Assembly: GCA_902528575.1 (NCBI GenBank)
Contig: CABZSV010000003.1
Span: 1,995 to 65,994, forward strand
DNA length: 64,000 nt
Direction of reading: 5' to 3'
Origin: an uncultured Pelagibacteraceae bacterium
GTDB lineage: Bacteria; Pseudomonadota; Alphaproteobacteria; Pelagibacterales; Pelagibacteraceae
The notes below the pieces were generated by a model. That model searched no databases, was not told the DNA's origin, and was given only the letters and a program-made list of their open reading frames with translations. The translations under genes were made by a program, and so were the position numbers. Shown here piece after piece: positions 1 through 10,368 of this stretch. Position 1 is the stretch's first letter; every line of letters begins with the position of its first letter.

Positions 1-3000
1 TACTTAACTTATCAACTTTTTCATTAAAAATTTCTTCTCCGTAAACAGATTTTAAGAATTTTTCGATTTTTTCTGTTCTTTCAATTTTTTTGTTATTTTC
101 ATTTACTAAATTTTTAACTTGTTCACCAAATTCTTTACATGCCCAACCTAAGTGTGTCTCTAAAATTTGTCCAACGTTCATCCTACTTGGAACTCCCAGA
201 GGATTTAATACAATATCCACTGGTCTACCATCTTCTCTATATGGCATATCTTCAACAGGTACAATTTTACTTACAACTCCTTTGTTTCCATGTCTTCCTG
301 ACATTTTATCACCAGGTCTTAATCTTCTTTTTATAGCAACGAATACTTTTACCATTTTCATAACACTCGGTAATAAATCATCGCCACTTCTAATTTTTAA
401 AACTTTATCTTCAAATCTCTCTGTTATGTCTTGTTTTGCTTTATTATATTGATCTTTTAATTGAGATAATGTTGCTTCGTCATTTACATTTCCTACTGTG
501 ATTTTAAAGACATCATTAATCGATAGTTTGTTAATTGTATCAAAATCTAACTTAGTACCTTCTGATAAATCTTTTACTTTTTTAGTTAAAGATGATCCTG
601 ACAAGAATTGTGAAGCTCTTTGTTTAATACTTCTTTCTAATATTTCTTCCTCAACAATTTTATCTTGTTGAACTTGCTCTATTTCAGCTCTTTCAATAGT
701 TATTGATCTTTCGTCCTTCTCAATTCCATGTCTATTGAATACTCTTACATCAACTACCGTTCCACTTGATCCTCTAGACATTCTTAGAGATGTGTCTGTT
801 ACATCGATAGCTTTTTCTCCAAAAATTGATCTTAATAATTTTTCTTCAGGACCTGATGCTGAATCACCTTTAGGGGTAACTTTACCAACTAAAATATCAC
901 CAGCATTAACTTCTGCACCAATATAAACTATTCCTGACTCATCAAGGTTTTTTAAAGCTTCTTCATTTACATTTGGTATGTCTCTTGTTATTTCTTCTTC
1001 ACCAAGCTTTGTATCTCTTGCCATTATTTCGTATTCAACAATGTGAACAGATGTAAATACGTCATCTGTAACACATCTTTCCGAAATAAGGATAGAGTCT
1101 TCAAAGTTGTAACCTTGCCACGGCATGAAAGCTACAGTAACATTCTTACCTAAGGCAAGTTCACCTAATTTTGTTGAAGGACCATCGGCTATAATGTCTC
1201 CAGATTTAACTTTATCACCAACTCTAACAAGTGGTCTTTGATTTATACAAGTATTTTGGTTTGATCTTTTAAATTTTTGAAGGTTATAGATATCAACACC
1301 AGACTTACTAAAGTCTGTTTCTTCTGTTACTTTTATAACAATTCTTTTACCATCTATTTTATCAACAATTCCATCACGCTTAGCAACAATAGTTACACCT
1401 GAGTCTAAAGCAACATCACTTTCAATTCCTGTACCAACAAGCGGAGATTCAGGTTTTAATAATGGAACTGCTTGCCTCATCATGTTTGATCCCATTAAGG
1501 CTCTATTTGCATCATCATTTTCTAAGAATGGAATTAATGATGCCGCAACTGAAACAAGTTGTTTTGGAGATACATCGATGTAATCAATTGAATCAGGTTT
1601 TGCTAAAAGAAAGTTTAGATTTTGTCTGCATGAAACCAGGTCTTCAGTAATTTTTCCATTTTTATCTAGTTTTGTATTTGCTTGAGCAATTGTAAATTTG
1701 GTTTCTTCCATTGCTGAAAGGTATTCAACTTTATCTTGAACAACCCCTTCTTTGACTTTTTTGTATGGGCTTTCAATAAAGCCATACTTATTAATTTTTG
1801 CATATGTAGATAAACTATTAATCAAACCGATATTTGGACCCTCTGGTGTCTCGATTGGACAAATCCTTCCATAGTGAGTTGGATGGACGTCCCTAACTTC
1901 AAAACCTGCTCTTTCTCTTGTTAAACCACCCGGACCTAAAGCGGAGACTCTTCTTTTATGAGTAATTTCAGATAAGGGATTTGTTTGATCCATAAACTGA
2001 GATAGTTGTGAACTTGCAAAAAAATCTTTTAATGAAACTGTTAATGGTTTTGCATTAATTAGATCTTGTGGCATTGCTGACTCAACATCTAAAGTTGTCA
2101 TTTTTTCTTTTATAGCTCTTTCCATTCTGTAAACACCAATTCTAGCTTGGTTCTCAACTAGCTCACCAACAGAACGAACTCTTCTATTTCCTAGGTGATC
2201 AATGTCGTCAACATCATCTTTACCATCACGTAAATCCAACATTTTATGAATTATTGCAATGATATCGTCGTTTCTTAATATAGTAATTTTGTCAGAACAC
2301 TCTTGGTTTAATCTTGAATTCATCTTAACTCTACCAACATCAGACAAATCATATCTATCTGAGCTAAAGAAAAGATTATTAAATATTTGAGTTGCTATCT
2401 CTATAGTTGGCGGTTCTCCAGGTCTTAACATTTTATAGATTTCTGTGATAGCTTCGTCTTTAGTATTGTTTTTATCTGCTAAAATAGTTGTAAGTAGATA
2501 AGGCCCTTTGTTTATAGAGTTTGTAACAGAAATTTGAAGTGTATGTATATTTGAATCTAAAATTTGTTGAATAATTGTATCATTTAATTCTGTCCCAATT
2601 TTAAATACACCATCCTCTTCTTGATTTACTCTTACATCTCTATGTAAAAATTTACCAAACAAAGACTCTCTAGAAACTAGTATGTCTTTCAAACCATCAT
2701 TAGCTAATTTTTTTGCACTTAAGAAATTAATCTTGTCACCTAATTTAATTACCACTTCACCAGTTTTTGCATCAATTACTTCTTCTGAGAAATTTTTTGC
2801 TTTGTAGTTTTCAGGATTAAATTTAGTTTTCCACTTTTCTGTTTTTAGATCAAAAGTATATTGTTCGCTTTCATAGAACTCATCCACAATTTCTGATTTT
2901 GTATAACCTAAAGCTAACAATAAAGTAGATGAAAAAATTTTCTTCTTTCTGTCAATTTTAAAATATAGAAAATCCTTAACATCATATTCAAAATCTAACC

Positions 3001-3562
3001 ATGATCCTCTATTAGGTATTACTCTACAATTAAACAATAGTTTACCGCTTGCATGAGTTTTTCCTTTATCATGATCAAAAAATACACCTGGACTTCTGTG
3101 CATTTGGTTTACTACAACTCTTTGAACACCGTTAGTTATAAAAGTTCCACTATTAGTCATCATAGGAACTTCGCCCATATATACTTCTTGCTCTTTAGCT
3201 GATAAAATATCCTTTGTATTATTTTCTTGATCTATTTCATAAACTACTAATCTTAAAGTACACTTAAGAGCTGAAGAATATGTTAAACCTCTTGCTATAC
3301 ATTCTTCAACATCAAATTTTGGTTTTTCTAGTCTGTAAGAAACATACTCTAAGGTTGCTTTATCATTTAAATCTTCAATTGGAAAAATGCTCTTGAATAC
3401 TCTATCAAAACCTTTAGTAAGTTCTGCTGCTTCAGCATTAAATTCTGTTAATTCTTTATAAGAATTTTTTTGTACCTCAATTAGATTAGGAATAGATAAA
3501 CTCTCTTTAAGTTTACCAAAACTTTTTCTTATATTTTTCTTTTCAGTAAAAGATAATTGCAT
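1..3562 (-). CDS. rpoB: DNA-directed RNA polymerase beta subunit (3' end runs off the window)
   Basis: Not in the ORF track. Minus-strand reading from ATG at 3562 gives [17 protein letters not shown]; conserved RpoB motifs follow ([46 protein letters not shown]); lies downstream of rplL. Confidence 0.98.
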   Translation of the reverse strand, partial: MQLSFTEKKNIRKSFGKLKESLSIPNLIEVQKNSYKELTEFNAEAAELTKGFDRVFKSIFPIEDLNDKATLEYVSYRLEKPKFDVEECIARGLTYSSALKCTLRLVVYEIDQENNTKDILSAKEQEVYMGEVPMMTNSGTFITNGVQRVVVNQMHRSPGVFFDHDKGKTHASGKLLFNCRVIPNRGSWLDFEYDVKDFLYFKIDRKKKIFSSTLLLALGYTKSEIVDEFYESEQYTFDLKTEKWKTKFNPENYKAKNFSEEVIDAKTGEVVIKLGDKINFLSAKKLANDGLKDILVSRESLFGKFLHRDVRVNQEEDGVFKIGTELNDTIIQQILDSNIHTLQISVTNSINKGPYLLTTILADKNNTKDEAITEIYKMLRPGEPPTIEIATQIFNNLFFSSDRYDLSDVGRVKMNSRLNQECSDKITILRNDDIIAIIHKMLDLRDGKDDVDDIDHLGNRRVRSVGELVENQARIGVYRMERAIKEKMTTLDVESAMPQDLINAKPLTVSLKDFFASSQLSQFMDQTNPLSEITHKRRVSALGPGGLTRERAGFEVRDVHPTHYGRICPIETPEGPNIGLINSLSTYAKINKYGFIESPYKKVKEGVVQDKVEYLSAMEETKFTIAQANTKLDKNGKITEDLVSCRQNLNFLLAKPDSIDYIDVSPKQLVSVAASLIPFLENDDANRALMGSNMMRQAVPLLKPESPLVGTGIESDVALDSGVTIVAKRDGIVDKIDGKRIVIKVTEETDFSKSGVDIYNLQKFKRSNQNTCINQRPLVRVGDKVKSGDIIADGPSTKLGELALGKNVTVAFMPWQGYNFEDSILISERCVTDDVFTSVHIVEYEIMARDTKLGEEEITRDIPNVNEEALKNLDESGIVYIGAEVNAGDILVGKVTPKGDSASGPEEKLLRSIFGEKAIDVTDTSLRMSRGSSGTVVDVRVFNRHGIEKDERSITIERAEIEQVQQDKIVEEEILERSIKQRASQFLSGSSLTKKVKDLSEGTKLDFDTINKLSINDVFKITVGNVNDEATLSQLKDQYNKAKQDITERFEDKVLKIRSGDDLLPSVMKMVKVFVAIKRRLRPGDKMSGRHGNKGVVSKIVPVEDMPYREDGRPVDIVLNPLGVPSRMNVGQILETHLGWACKEFGEQVKNLVNENNKKIERTEKIEKFLKSVYGEEIFNEKVDKLS

Positions 3563-3573
3563 CTATGTTTAAA

Positions 3574-3599
3574 AATACTGATTAAAAATAATCAGTATT
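3574..3599 (-). terminator. Hairpin between rplL and rpoB (attenuator/terminator-like)
   Basis: AATACTGATTA-AAAA-TAATCAGTATT, 11-bp perfect inverted repeat, followed by a short T run on the minus strand. Confidence 0.6.
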
Positions 3600-3618
3600 C
3601 GAATTCTTTCTATTTAAT

Positions 3619-3984
3619 TTATTTAAGTTCTACTTTAGCGCCAGCAGCTTCCAACTTAGCTTTGATCTCTTCAGCGTCTTTTTTGTTTACACCAGATTTA
3701 ACTTCTTTTGGTGCTCCCTCTACAAGATCTTTAGCTTCTTTTAAACCTAATGAAGTAGCCGCTCTTACTTCTTTGATAACATTAATTTTTTTATCACCTG
3801 CAGAAACTAACATGATTGTAAAATCATCTTTATCTTCTGCTGGAGCCGCACCACCTGCTGCTGCTGGAGCTGCTGCTGCCATTGGAGTTACACCCCATTT
3901 TTCTTCTAATTGTTTTGAAAGTTCAGCTGCCTCTGCAACAGTCAAACTTGATAAGTCTTCAATAATTTTGTTTAGGTCAGGCAT
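3619..3984 (-). CDS. rplL: 50S ribosomal protein L7/L12
   Basis: LEEKWGV, Ala-rich hinge, [23 protein letters not shown]. Confidence 0.99.
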   Translation of the reverse strand: MPDLNKIIEDLSSLTVAEAAELSKQLEEKWGVTPMAAAAPAAAGGAAPAEDKDDFTIMLVSAGDKKINVIKEVRAATSLGLKEAKDLVEGAPKEVKSGVNKKDAEEIKAKLEAAGAKVELK

Positions 3985-3989
3985 ATGTA

Positions 3990-4511
3990 TTACTCTTTGG
4001 GTTGTGTTTCAGAATTTTCTGCCGACAAACTACTCATTTTTTCTGAATGTGCAAGCAAAATACTGATTAATTTAGATGCAGAAGCGTTCAAAATACCCAC
4101 AATATTGGCTCTTGCTTCATCTAATGTAGGTAAACTAGCTACATTTTGGACACCGGCCTGATCTAAAACCTCATTATCCATAATTCCACCAATTAATTTT
4201 AAGTTTTCGTTATCTTTTGCAAATTTTGAAAGAATCCTTGCAGACATTATAGCATCCTCTCCAAATGCTACTGCTGTAGGACCAGTAAATAAATTTGATA
4301 AATCTTTACACTTAGTTTTTTCTAAAGCTAATTTTGTAATTCTATTTTTTGTTATTTTAAAAATTATTCCATGTTCTCTCATTTTCGCTCTTAATTCATC
4401 TAGTTGTGTCATGGTTAAACCTTGGTAATGAGTAACCATAACAGCTTTGCTATTTTCAAACTTACTAGTCATTTCTTCAATATAATTTTTCTTTTGTTCT
4501 TTGTTCATCAT
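3990..4511 (-). CDS. rplJ: 50S ribosomal protein L10
   Basis: [31 protein letters not shown]; position between rplA and rplL. Confidence 0.97.
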   Translation of the reverse strand: MMNKEQKKNYIEEMTSKFENSKAVMVTHYQGLTMTQLDELRAKMREHGIIFKITKNRITKLALEKTKCKDLSNLFTGPTAVAFGEDAIMSARILSKFAKDNENLKLIGGIMDNEVLDQAGVQNVASLPTLDEARANIVGILNASASKLISILLAHSEKMSSLSAENSETQPKE

Positions 4512-4513
4512 AA

Positions 4514-5203
4514 CTATATCGATTTACCTAATTTAACTTTATATGAAACACCCATTGTTGATGTAGCAAATGCACTTCTAATTAAATCACCTTTTAAAGT
4601 GTTATTTGATTTTTCTTTCTCTAAAGCATCTAAAATTGCATTGTAGTTTTTTAGTAGTTGATCATCACTAAAAGATTTTTTACCAATACTAACTCCAATA
4701 TTTCCATCTTTATCATTTCTAATTTCTACTTGACCAGATTTAGCATTGGTTACTGCTTCTTTTATATTTTCAGAAACCGAACCAAGCTTTGGATTAGGCA
4801 TTAAACCTTTTGGTCCTAAAACTTTTCCTAATTTAGAGAGTTTAATCATCATTCCTGGTGTACAAATTAATTTTTCAAAATTCAACTCTCCGCCTTTAAT
4901 TCTTTCAACAAATTCATCGCCACCAACAATATCTGCACCTGCATCTTTTGCTTCTTGTTCTTTATTAGACTCACAAACTACAGCTACTTTAACTTTCTTA
5001 CCTGTGCCACCAGGTAAATTAACTACAGTTCTAATATTAACTTCACTTTTCTTTTGCTTGTGATTTATTTGAAAACTTAAATCTAAAGACTCTTCAAATT
5101 TAGTTGTGCAGTTTTTTTTAAGTTCTGGTAATAACTTTTCTAAAGTCTCCGAGTCCAAGTCTTTTGTCTTTTCAGGTAATTTTTTGTATCTTTTTGATGC
5201 CAT
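4514..5203 (-). CDS. rplA: 50S ribosomal protein L1
   Basis: AGADIVG, LGKVLGPKGLMPNPKLGSV, STMG motifs. Confidence 0.98.
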   Translation of the reverse strand: MASKRYKKLPEKTKDLDSETLEKLLPELKKNCTTKFEESLDLSFQINHKQKKSEVNIRTVVNLPGGTGKKVKVAVVCESNKEQEAKDAGADIVGGDEFVERIKGGELNFEKLICTPGMMIKLSKLGKVLGPKGLMPNPKLGSVSENIKEAVTNAKSGQVEIRNDKDGNIGVSIGKKSFSDDQLLKNYNAILDALEKEKSNNTLKGDLIRSAFATSTMGVSYKVKLGKSI

Positions 5204-5628
5204 TATTCTTTTACCTCAATACCCATTGATCTAGCTGATCCTGCAATAATTTTAATAGCCTCTTCTATATCGTGCGCATTTAAATCATTCATTTTTTCTT
5301 TTGCTATGCTCTCTAATTGTTTTTTAGAAATTGAAGCAACAATATTTCTTCCAGGTTCTTTGGATCCACCTTTAAGTTTTACAGCTTCTTTAATATAAAA
5401 AGATGCTGGAGGTGATTTAATTTTAAAATCAAATTTTTTATCTTTATAAACTGTTATTTCAACTGGTACAGGTTTACCAGCCATTGATTTAGTTTTGTCA
5501 TTAAAAGCTTTACAAAACTCCATTATATTTACACCTCGTTGACCTAATGCAGGACCAACAGGGGGAGCTGGATTGGCTTGACCACCTTTTATTTGTAATT
5601 TTATAAATCCACTTATTTCTTTTGCCAT
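5203..5628 (-). CDS. rplK: 50S ribosomal protein L11
   Basis: [34 protein letters not shown]. Confidence 0.99.
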   Translation of the reverse strand: MAKEISGFIKLQIKGGQANPAPPVGPALGQRGVNIMEFCKAFNDKTKSMAGKPVPVEITVYKDKKFDFKIKSPPASFYIKEAVKLKGGSKEPGRNIVASISKKQLESIAKEKMNDLNAHDIEEAIKIIAGSARSMGIEVKE

Positions 5629-6158
5629 TAACTTACCTTCTCAACCTGGTTATATTCTAAATCTACAGGTGTAGGACGACCAAATATAGAAACTGACACC
5701 TTAAGTCTAGCTTTTTCTTCATCAATTTCTTCAATCATTCCAGTAAATGATGCAAATGGACCATCTACAACTTGAACTTTTTCACCTACACTGTAATCTA
5801 CTCCTGATTTTGGCTGTGCAACACCATCTTTAATCTGACCTAAAATTTTCTCTACTTCTTTATCTGAAACTGGAACAGGTATACCTTTTGTTCCCAAGAA
5901 ACCACTAACCCTCTTTATATTCTTAATCATGTGATAAATATTATTATCCATTTCGCTTTTTATTAGTACATATCCAGGAAAGTATTTCTTTTTTCTTTGA
6001 ATTCTTTTACCCCTCTTAACCTCTGTAACATCGTGTGTAGGTACAATAATCTCCTCAAACTTATCAGCAATTTTAGCTTTATCTGCCTCCTCTTTAATTA
6101 AAGAGGCTACTTTATTCTCAAAACTTGAATGTGACTGAACAATGTACCAGTTTTTCAT
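5628..6158 (-). CDS. nusG: Transcription termination/antitermination factor NusG
   Basis: WYIV, FPGYVL, KOW motif [17 protein letters not shown]. Confidence 0.99.
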   Translation of the reverse strand: MKNWYIVQSHSSFENKVASLIKEEADKAKIADKFEEIIVPTHDVTEVKRGKRIQRKKKYFPGYVLIKSEMDNNIYHMIKNIKRVSGFLGTKGIPVPVSDKEVEKILGQIKDGVAQPKSGVDYSVGEKVQVVDGPFASFTGMIEEIDEEKARLKVSVSIFGRPTPVDLEYNQVEKVS

Positions 6159-6349
6159 TAAATACTCACTTTAAGTAAAAGTTCTAAGAAAAATTTTAAA
6201 ACCTGATCTAAAAGAAGAAAAAATAAAGACATAACAACTGCCATAACAAATACCATCAAAGCACCTTGTAATGTCTCTTTCCAAGTCGGCCAAGTAACTT
6301 TAAAAGCCTCTTGTTTTACTTCTTGTATAAATTTAATCGGGTTTCTCAT
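6158..6349 (-). CDS. secE: Preprotein translocase subunit SecE
   Basis: EVKQEAFKVTWPT plus one TM helix; between tRNA-Trp and nusG. Confidence 0.97.
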   Translation of the reverse strand: MRNPIKFIQEVKQEAFKVTWPTWKETLQGALMVFVMAVVMSLFFLLLDQVLKFFLELLLKVSI

Positions 6350-6367
6350 AATTTTATTAGCTCAAAT

Positions 6368-6443
6368 TGGCAGGAGCGGAGGGACTCGAACCCTCAGCCT
6401 CCGGTTTTGGAGACCGGCGCTCTACCAATTGAGCTACACTCCT
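6368..6443 (-). tRNA. tRNA-Trp(CCA)
   Basis: Cloverleaf AGGAGTG...CGCTCCTGCCA; anticodon arm CCGGT-CTCCAAA-ACCGG; encoded CCA. Confidence 0.97.
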
Positions 6444-6453
6444 ATTTATAGAG

Positions 6454-7644
6454 TTACTCTATAATTTTAGTTACTACTCCTGCTCCAACAGTTCTTCCAC
6501 CTTCTCTAATAGCGAAGTTTAATTTCTCTGCCATAGCAATTGGTGTAATTAGTTTAACAGTGAATTTAGCATCATCACCTGGCATAACCATTTCAGTACC
6601 AGCTGGTAATTCTACTTCACCTGTAACGTCTGTTGTTCTAAAATAAAACTGTGGTCTGTACTTAGTAAAGAACGGAGTATGTCTTCCACCTTCATCTTTT
6701 TTAAGTACATACGCTTGAGCCTCAAATTTAGTGTGTGGTGTAATTGAACCAGGCTTACAAAGAACTTGACCTCTTTCGATATCAGTTCTTTCAATACCTC
6801 TCAATAAAATTCCAACATTATCTCCAGCTTCACCAGAATCTAAAAGTTTTCTAAACATCTCAACTCCAGTACAAACTGATTTTTTAGTTTCTCTAATTCC
6901 AACTATTTCAACTTCTTCTCCAGTTTTTATTACACCAGACTCAACTCTTCCAGTTGCAACAGTTCCTCTTCCAGAAATTGAGAATACATCCTCAACCGGC
7001 ATCAAGAATGGTTTATCAACTTCTCTAGCTGGTTGTGGAATATGTTCATCAACTGCTTTCATTAATTCTAAAATTGAATTTTTTCCAATTTCATCATCTC
7101 TACCCTCAACTGCTGCTAAAGCCGAACCTTTAACGATTGGGGTTTTATCACCTGGGTATTTGTATGAAGTTAAAAGTTCTCTAATTTCTTCTTCAACAAG
7201 TTCGATCATTTCTTTATCATCAACCTGGTCTACTTTATTTAAGTAAACAACAATTGCAGGAATACCAACTTGTCTTCCTAATAGAATGTGCTCTCTTGTT
7301 TGTGGCATTGGACCATCAGCTGCATTGACAACTAAGATTGCTCCATCCATTTGTGCAGCACCAGTGATCATATTTTTAACATAGTCGGCATGACCAGGGC
7401 AGTCTACGTGAGCATAGTGTCTTTTTTCAGTTTCATACTCAACGTGTGCTGTTGAAATTGTTATACCTCTTTCTTTTTCTTCAGGTGCTTTATCAATCTG
7501 ATCATAAGCAACTGCAGTTCCGCCGCCCGCTTGTGCTAATACATTTGTAATTGCGGCAGTAAGAGTTGTTTTACCATGATCGACATGACCAATAGTCCCA
7601 ATGTTACAGTGGGGTTTGTTTCTTACAAATTTTTCTTTTGACAT
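6454..7644 (-). CDS. tuf: Elongation factor Tu
   Basis: [28 protein letters not shown]. Confidence 0.99.
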   Translation of the reverse strand: MSKEKFVRNKPHCNIGTIGHVDHGKTTLTAAITNVLAQAGGGTAVAYDQIDKAPEEKERGITISTAHVEYETEKRHYAHVDCPGHADYVKNMITGAAQMDGAILVVNAADGPMPQTREHILLGRQVGIPAIVVYLNKVDQVDDKEMIELVEEEIRELLTSYKYPGDKTPIVKGSALAAVEGRDDEIGKNSILELMKAVDEHIPQPAREVDKPFLMPVEDVFSISGRGTVATGRVESGVIKTGEEVEIVGIRETKKSVCTGVEMFRKLLDSGEAGDNVGILLRGIERTDIERGQVLCKPGSITPHTKFEAQAYVLKKDEGGRHTPFFTKYRPQFYFRTTDVTGEVELPAGTEMVMPGDDAKFTVKLITPIAMAEKLNFAIREGGRTVGAGVVTKIIE

Positions 7645-7691
7645 TACGTTTTTACCTCAGTTTATTTGTTTTCATTTCTAATTTTAATTCT

Positions 7692-7765
7692 TGGAGCGGG
7701 TAAAGGGAATCGAACCCTTACATCCAGCTTGGAAGGCTAGCGTTCTACCATTGAACTACACCCGC
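7692..7765 (-). tRNA. tRNA-Gly(TCC)
   Basis: GCGGGTG...TACCCGCTCCA; anticodon loop CTTCCAA. Confidence 0.97.
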
Positions 7766-7810
7766 ACAACCCCAAGAGTAACACTCCATGTTATCTAAAT
7801 TTTTATTAAA

Positions 7811-7896
7811 TGGTGGAGGGGGAAAGATTCGAACTTTCGAAGACCGAAGTCAACGGGTTTACAGCCCGCCCCATTTGACCGCTCTGGAACCCCTCC
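7811..7896 (-). tRNA. tRNA-Tyr(GTA)
   Basis: GGAGGGG...CCCCTCCACCA; anticodon loop CTGTAAA; long variable arm. Confidence 0.97.
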
Positions 7897-8025
7897 TTTG
7901 GGGAAGTGTCCCCTTGTTCAATAAAGCTTCAAATAACAAGCGTTTTATATATTTTATTTATGCAAATGCAATACGTGATTTAATAGGAAAATATTAAAAA
8001 AACCGTATAAAACAGATGCTAATTT

Positions 8026-8769
8026 ATGAATAAATCATCTTTTTTTATTGTTGGTCAACATGCTGTAATTGAGGCTCTTAGAAACCCTAAAAGAAAAGTT
8101 TTAAGAGTATTTTTAACTGAGGAGTCTAAAAAAAATATTCATAGAAAAAACCCAAATAAAAACATTTTAGAGGATGTCAAAGTTTACTTTAAATCTAAAA
8201 AAGAATTAGACAAATATACTTCTAAAGAACAATTGATGCATAATGGTTATGTTGCTGAGATTGAACATTTGGATCAAGCAGATCTAAAACAATTTATAAA
8301 AGATAAAAATAATTTAACATTTGTCTGTCTTGATGAGGTTACTGACCCAAGAAATATTGGTTCATTAATCAGAAGTGCTGCATCATTTGATATTGATGGA
8401 TTGATAATTAAAGAAAGACATTTTCCACGTGATAGTAAGTTAATGTATAAATCGGCTAGTGGATGTATGGAACACGTAAATATATTCCAAGTATCTAATA
8501 TTAATTCCACTTTAAAAAATTTAAGAGAAAAAAATTTTTGGGTTTATGGTTTTGATGCAAAAGGTCAAAAAGATTTTACAGACATAAAATGGGAAGGAAA
8601 TAATATCCTTCTATTTGGATCAGAAGGATTTGGTATGAGACAGCATACGGGTAAATATGCAGATTTTTTTGTTAAAATTAATATTAATGAAGATATAGAA
8701 AGTTTAAATATCTCAAATAGTGCTGCAATAGTGTTTCATCATCTAAGTTATTTAAAAAAAAAGAGTTGA
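8026..8769 (+). CDS. rlmB: 23S rRNA 2'-O-methyltransferase, SpoU/TrmH family (RlmB-like)
   Basis: LDEVTDPRNIGSLIRSA, GSEGFG, ESLNISNS SPOUT motifs; usual location between tRNA-Tyr and tRNA-Thr. Confidence 0.88.
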   Translation: MNKSSFFIVGQHAVIEALRNPKRKVLRVFLTEESKKNIHRKNPNKNILEDVKVYFKSKKELDKYTSKEQLMHNGYVAEIEHLDQADLKQFIKDKNNLTFVCLDEVTDPRNIGSLIRSAASFDIDGLIIKERHFPRDSKLMYKSASGCMEHVNIFQVSNINSTLKNLREKNFWVYGFDAKGQKDFTDIKWEGNNILLFGSEGFGMRQHTGKYADFFVKININEDIESLNISNSAAIVFHHLSYLKKKS

Positions 8770-8802
8770 TTATTTAACAAATAGTTAATAATTATTGCGC
8801 AT

Positions 8803-8878
8803 GCCCTTGTAGCTCAGCTGGTAGAGCAATTGATTTGTAATCAATAGGTCCGCGGTTCGAATCCGTGCGGGGGCACCA
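8803..8878 (+). tRNA. tRNA-Thr(TGT)
   Basis: GCCCTTG...CGGGGGCACCA; anticodon arm ATTGA-TTTGTAA-TCAAT. Confidence 0.97.
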
Positions 8879-8880
8879 TC
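8831..8880 (+). repeat. attL-like copy (3' part of tRNA-Thr from the anticodon stem, plus 2 bp)
   Basis: TGATTTGTAATCAATAGGTCCGCGGTTCGAATCCGTGCGGGGGCACCATC, identical to 10369-10418. Confidence 0.95.
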
Positions 8881-8942
8881 ATTCAATAAAATCAACATTA
8901 ATTTTTTTCAAAAGTTTTAGTTTTAATTAAATTTCTTTATTA

Positions 8943-8980
8943 AGTGTAACGCTAGTGTGACGTCAGTGTGATGTGATCAA
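8943..8980 (+). repeat. Three tandem 11-bp repeats (putative recombinase arm-type sites), left cluster
   Basis: AGTGTAACGCT AGTGTGACGTC AGTGTGATGTG then ATCAA. Confidence 0.7.
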
Positions 8981-8993
8981 GTAGTCGTTTAAA

Positions 8994-9446
8994 TTATATT
9001 AATACCTGAACTGATTTTTCAATAGATTGATAAACTTCTTGAACAATATCTGAAATTTTATCCTTCGAAGACTGAGATAGATTTCCATCAAAACAACTTT
9101 TAGAAATCATTTCACTCGGATCTAAACCTTTATTTTGATAATCAAATAAAAGCATACCAACTTCAACTGAACCCAACTCAAGTCTTATTGCATTTTCAAT
9201 GTCTGAAAATTCACCAGTGGATATAACTTTCGCCTCAGTTCCTAATCTTAAATATATGTGCAATATCAACATTGTTAAAATAGCTTTCCAATGATCTTTA
9301 AAAATATTTATTTTTTCTTTATCTAAAGAAGAGCTTTCAGGTATTTCATTTAAATATGTATCGAAGTTTTTTTGGTCTCCCTCTTTCAATTTTGATAAAG
9401 CAAGATCAATAAGTTGTTTCTTTAATGATTTTCCAAAGAAGCCCAT
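8994..9446 (-). CDS. Hypothetical protein (island cargo, 150 aa)
   Basis: Long ORF in AT-rich DNA with ATG start, 3 bp from the upstream ORF; no family recognised. Confidence 0.75.
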   Translation of the reverse strand: MGFFGKSLKKQLIDLALSKLKEGDQKNFDTYLNEIPESSSLDKEKINIFKDHWKAILTMLILHIYLRLGTEAKVISTGEFSDIENAIRLELGSVEVGMLLFDYQNKGLDPSEMISKSCFDGNLSQSSKDKISDIVQEVYQSIEKSVQVLI

Positions 9447-9449
9447 AAT

Positions 9450-9629
9450 TTATTTATGTTTATTTCTGGTTTCATCGTTTATTTTTTTTCCATACTCTCT
9501 TATCTGCATTCTTTCTATAGCTTCTGCTTCTTTTTGAGCTTCTTTCTTTCTTTGATGAGAATAATAAATTGGCATTATAATCGATAACGCAACAACTATT
9601 ATTGCCAGTATAATTTGCCAAGTTGTCAT
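9450..9629 (-). CDS. Small single-pass membrane protein (island cargo, 59 aa; not in the ORF track)
   Basis: Manual translation MTTWQIILAIIVVALSIIMPIYYSHQRKKEAQKEAEAIERMQIREYGKKINDETRNKHK; N-terminal TM plus charged tail; stop 3 bp before the next ATG. Confidence 0.7.
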   Translation of the reverse strand: MTTWQIILAIIVVALSIIMPIYYSHQRKKEAQKEAEAIERMQIREYGKKINDETRNKHK

Positions 9630-9694
9630 AAATTAATCTGTTAATAATTTGTACGTTAAAAATGTTAATTCAATAATAATTAGTGCTTCAAGCA

Positions 9695-10066
9695 TTATTT
9701 ATCTCTATTAATTTCATCATCTTTTAAGAAATAATTCAAATCATCAATTCTTTCAGATTGATCATCTTTATTTTGATTAGAATTAACTTCAGTTTTTTCA
9801 ATTGTTTTTTTTGCTTTTGATAAAAATCTATAAAAATAGAAATAACTTAAAGTGACAATTAAAATTAAACCGTTTTTAATAATAAAAGATAAACCAATAT
9901 AATTTGCTGAAGTTTTTTCTTTGAATTCAACATAATTTAAATATTCGCTATGAATATAAATAATCAAAAAAATCAAAATAGCAGTGAATGATATCCCAAC
10001 TATTCTCTCTTTTATAAAATTATAGATTTGTCTGTATATGAATAGTTTAGTTAAAAATTGAAACAT
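9695..10066 (-). CDS. Hypothetical membrane protein with two TM segments (island cargo)
   Basis: Two hydrophobic stretches and a charged C-terminal tail; TAATG coupling with the upstream ORF. Confidence 0.75.
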   Translation of the reverse strand: MFQFLTKLFIYRQIYNFIKERIVGISFTAILIFLIIYIHSEYLNYVEFKEKTSANYIGLSFIIKNGLILIVTLSYFYFYRFLSKAKKTIEKTEVNSNQNKDDQSERIDDLNYFLKDDEINRDK

Positions 10067-10275
10067 TAAAAATTAGCTATACCAAACATTGCTAAAATTG
10101 TTGTGGCTGCACCCTTCACACCCCAACCTTGCAAAATTTTTTTTTCTTCTTTAACAATTAAATCTCTTAATTCATCCTTTGTATAATCTGATGGTTTCTT
10201 TTGAAGATAGGCAATTTTTTCGTTAACGTTAGCAATTGCTTTTTTTCTTATAATTTTTTTTGCCTTATCTATCAT
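10066..10275 (-). CDS. Small hypothetical protein with hydrophobic C-terminus (island cargo, 69 aa)
   Basis: Basic helical body and C-terminal GAATTILAMFGIANF; stop overlaps the next start. Confidence 0.75.
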   Translation of the reverse strand: MIDKAKKIIRKKAIANVNEKIAYLQKKPSDYTKDELRDLIVKEEKKILQGWGVKGAATTILAMFGIANF

Positions 10276-10289
10276 AATGAAACTCTATC

Positions 10290-10316
10290 ACTGTGACGCT
10301 AGTGTGACTAGATCAA
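10290..10316 (+). repeat. Two tandem 11-bp repeats (putative arm-type sites), right cluster
   Basis: ACTGTGACGCT AGTGTGACTAG then ATCAA; shares the exact 13-mer ACGCTAGTGTGAC with the left cluster. Confidence 0.7.
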
Positions 10317-10368
10317 TATTAAATATCAAATTTCGTTGGAAACAAATATTTATTTTAAATTTTATTCC

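Noticed and set aside
90-1650. Plus-strand ORFs 90-452, 139-336, 735-926 and 1462-1650
   Set aside because: Antisense shadows of rpoB, which the ORF track omits because its stop lies outside the window.
3557-5063. Plus-strand ORFs 3557-4066, 4422-4646 and 4746-5063
   Set aside because: Antisense to rplL, rplJ and rplA; no independent coding signal.
7788-7997. 69-aa plus-strand ORF
   Set aside because: Overlaps tRNA-Tyr on the opposite strand; spurious.
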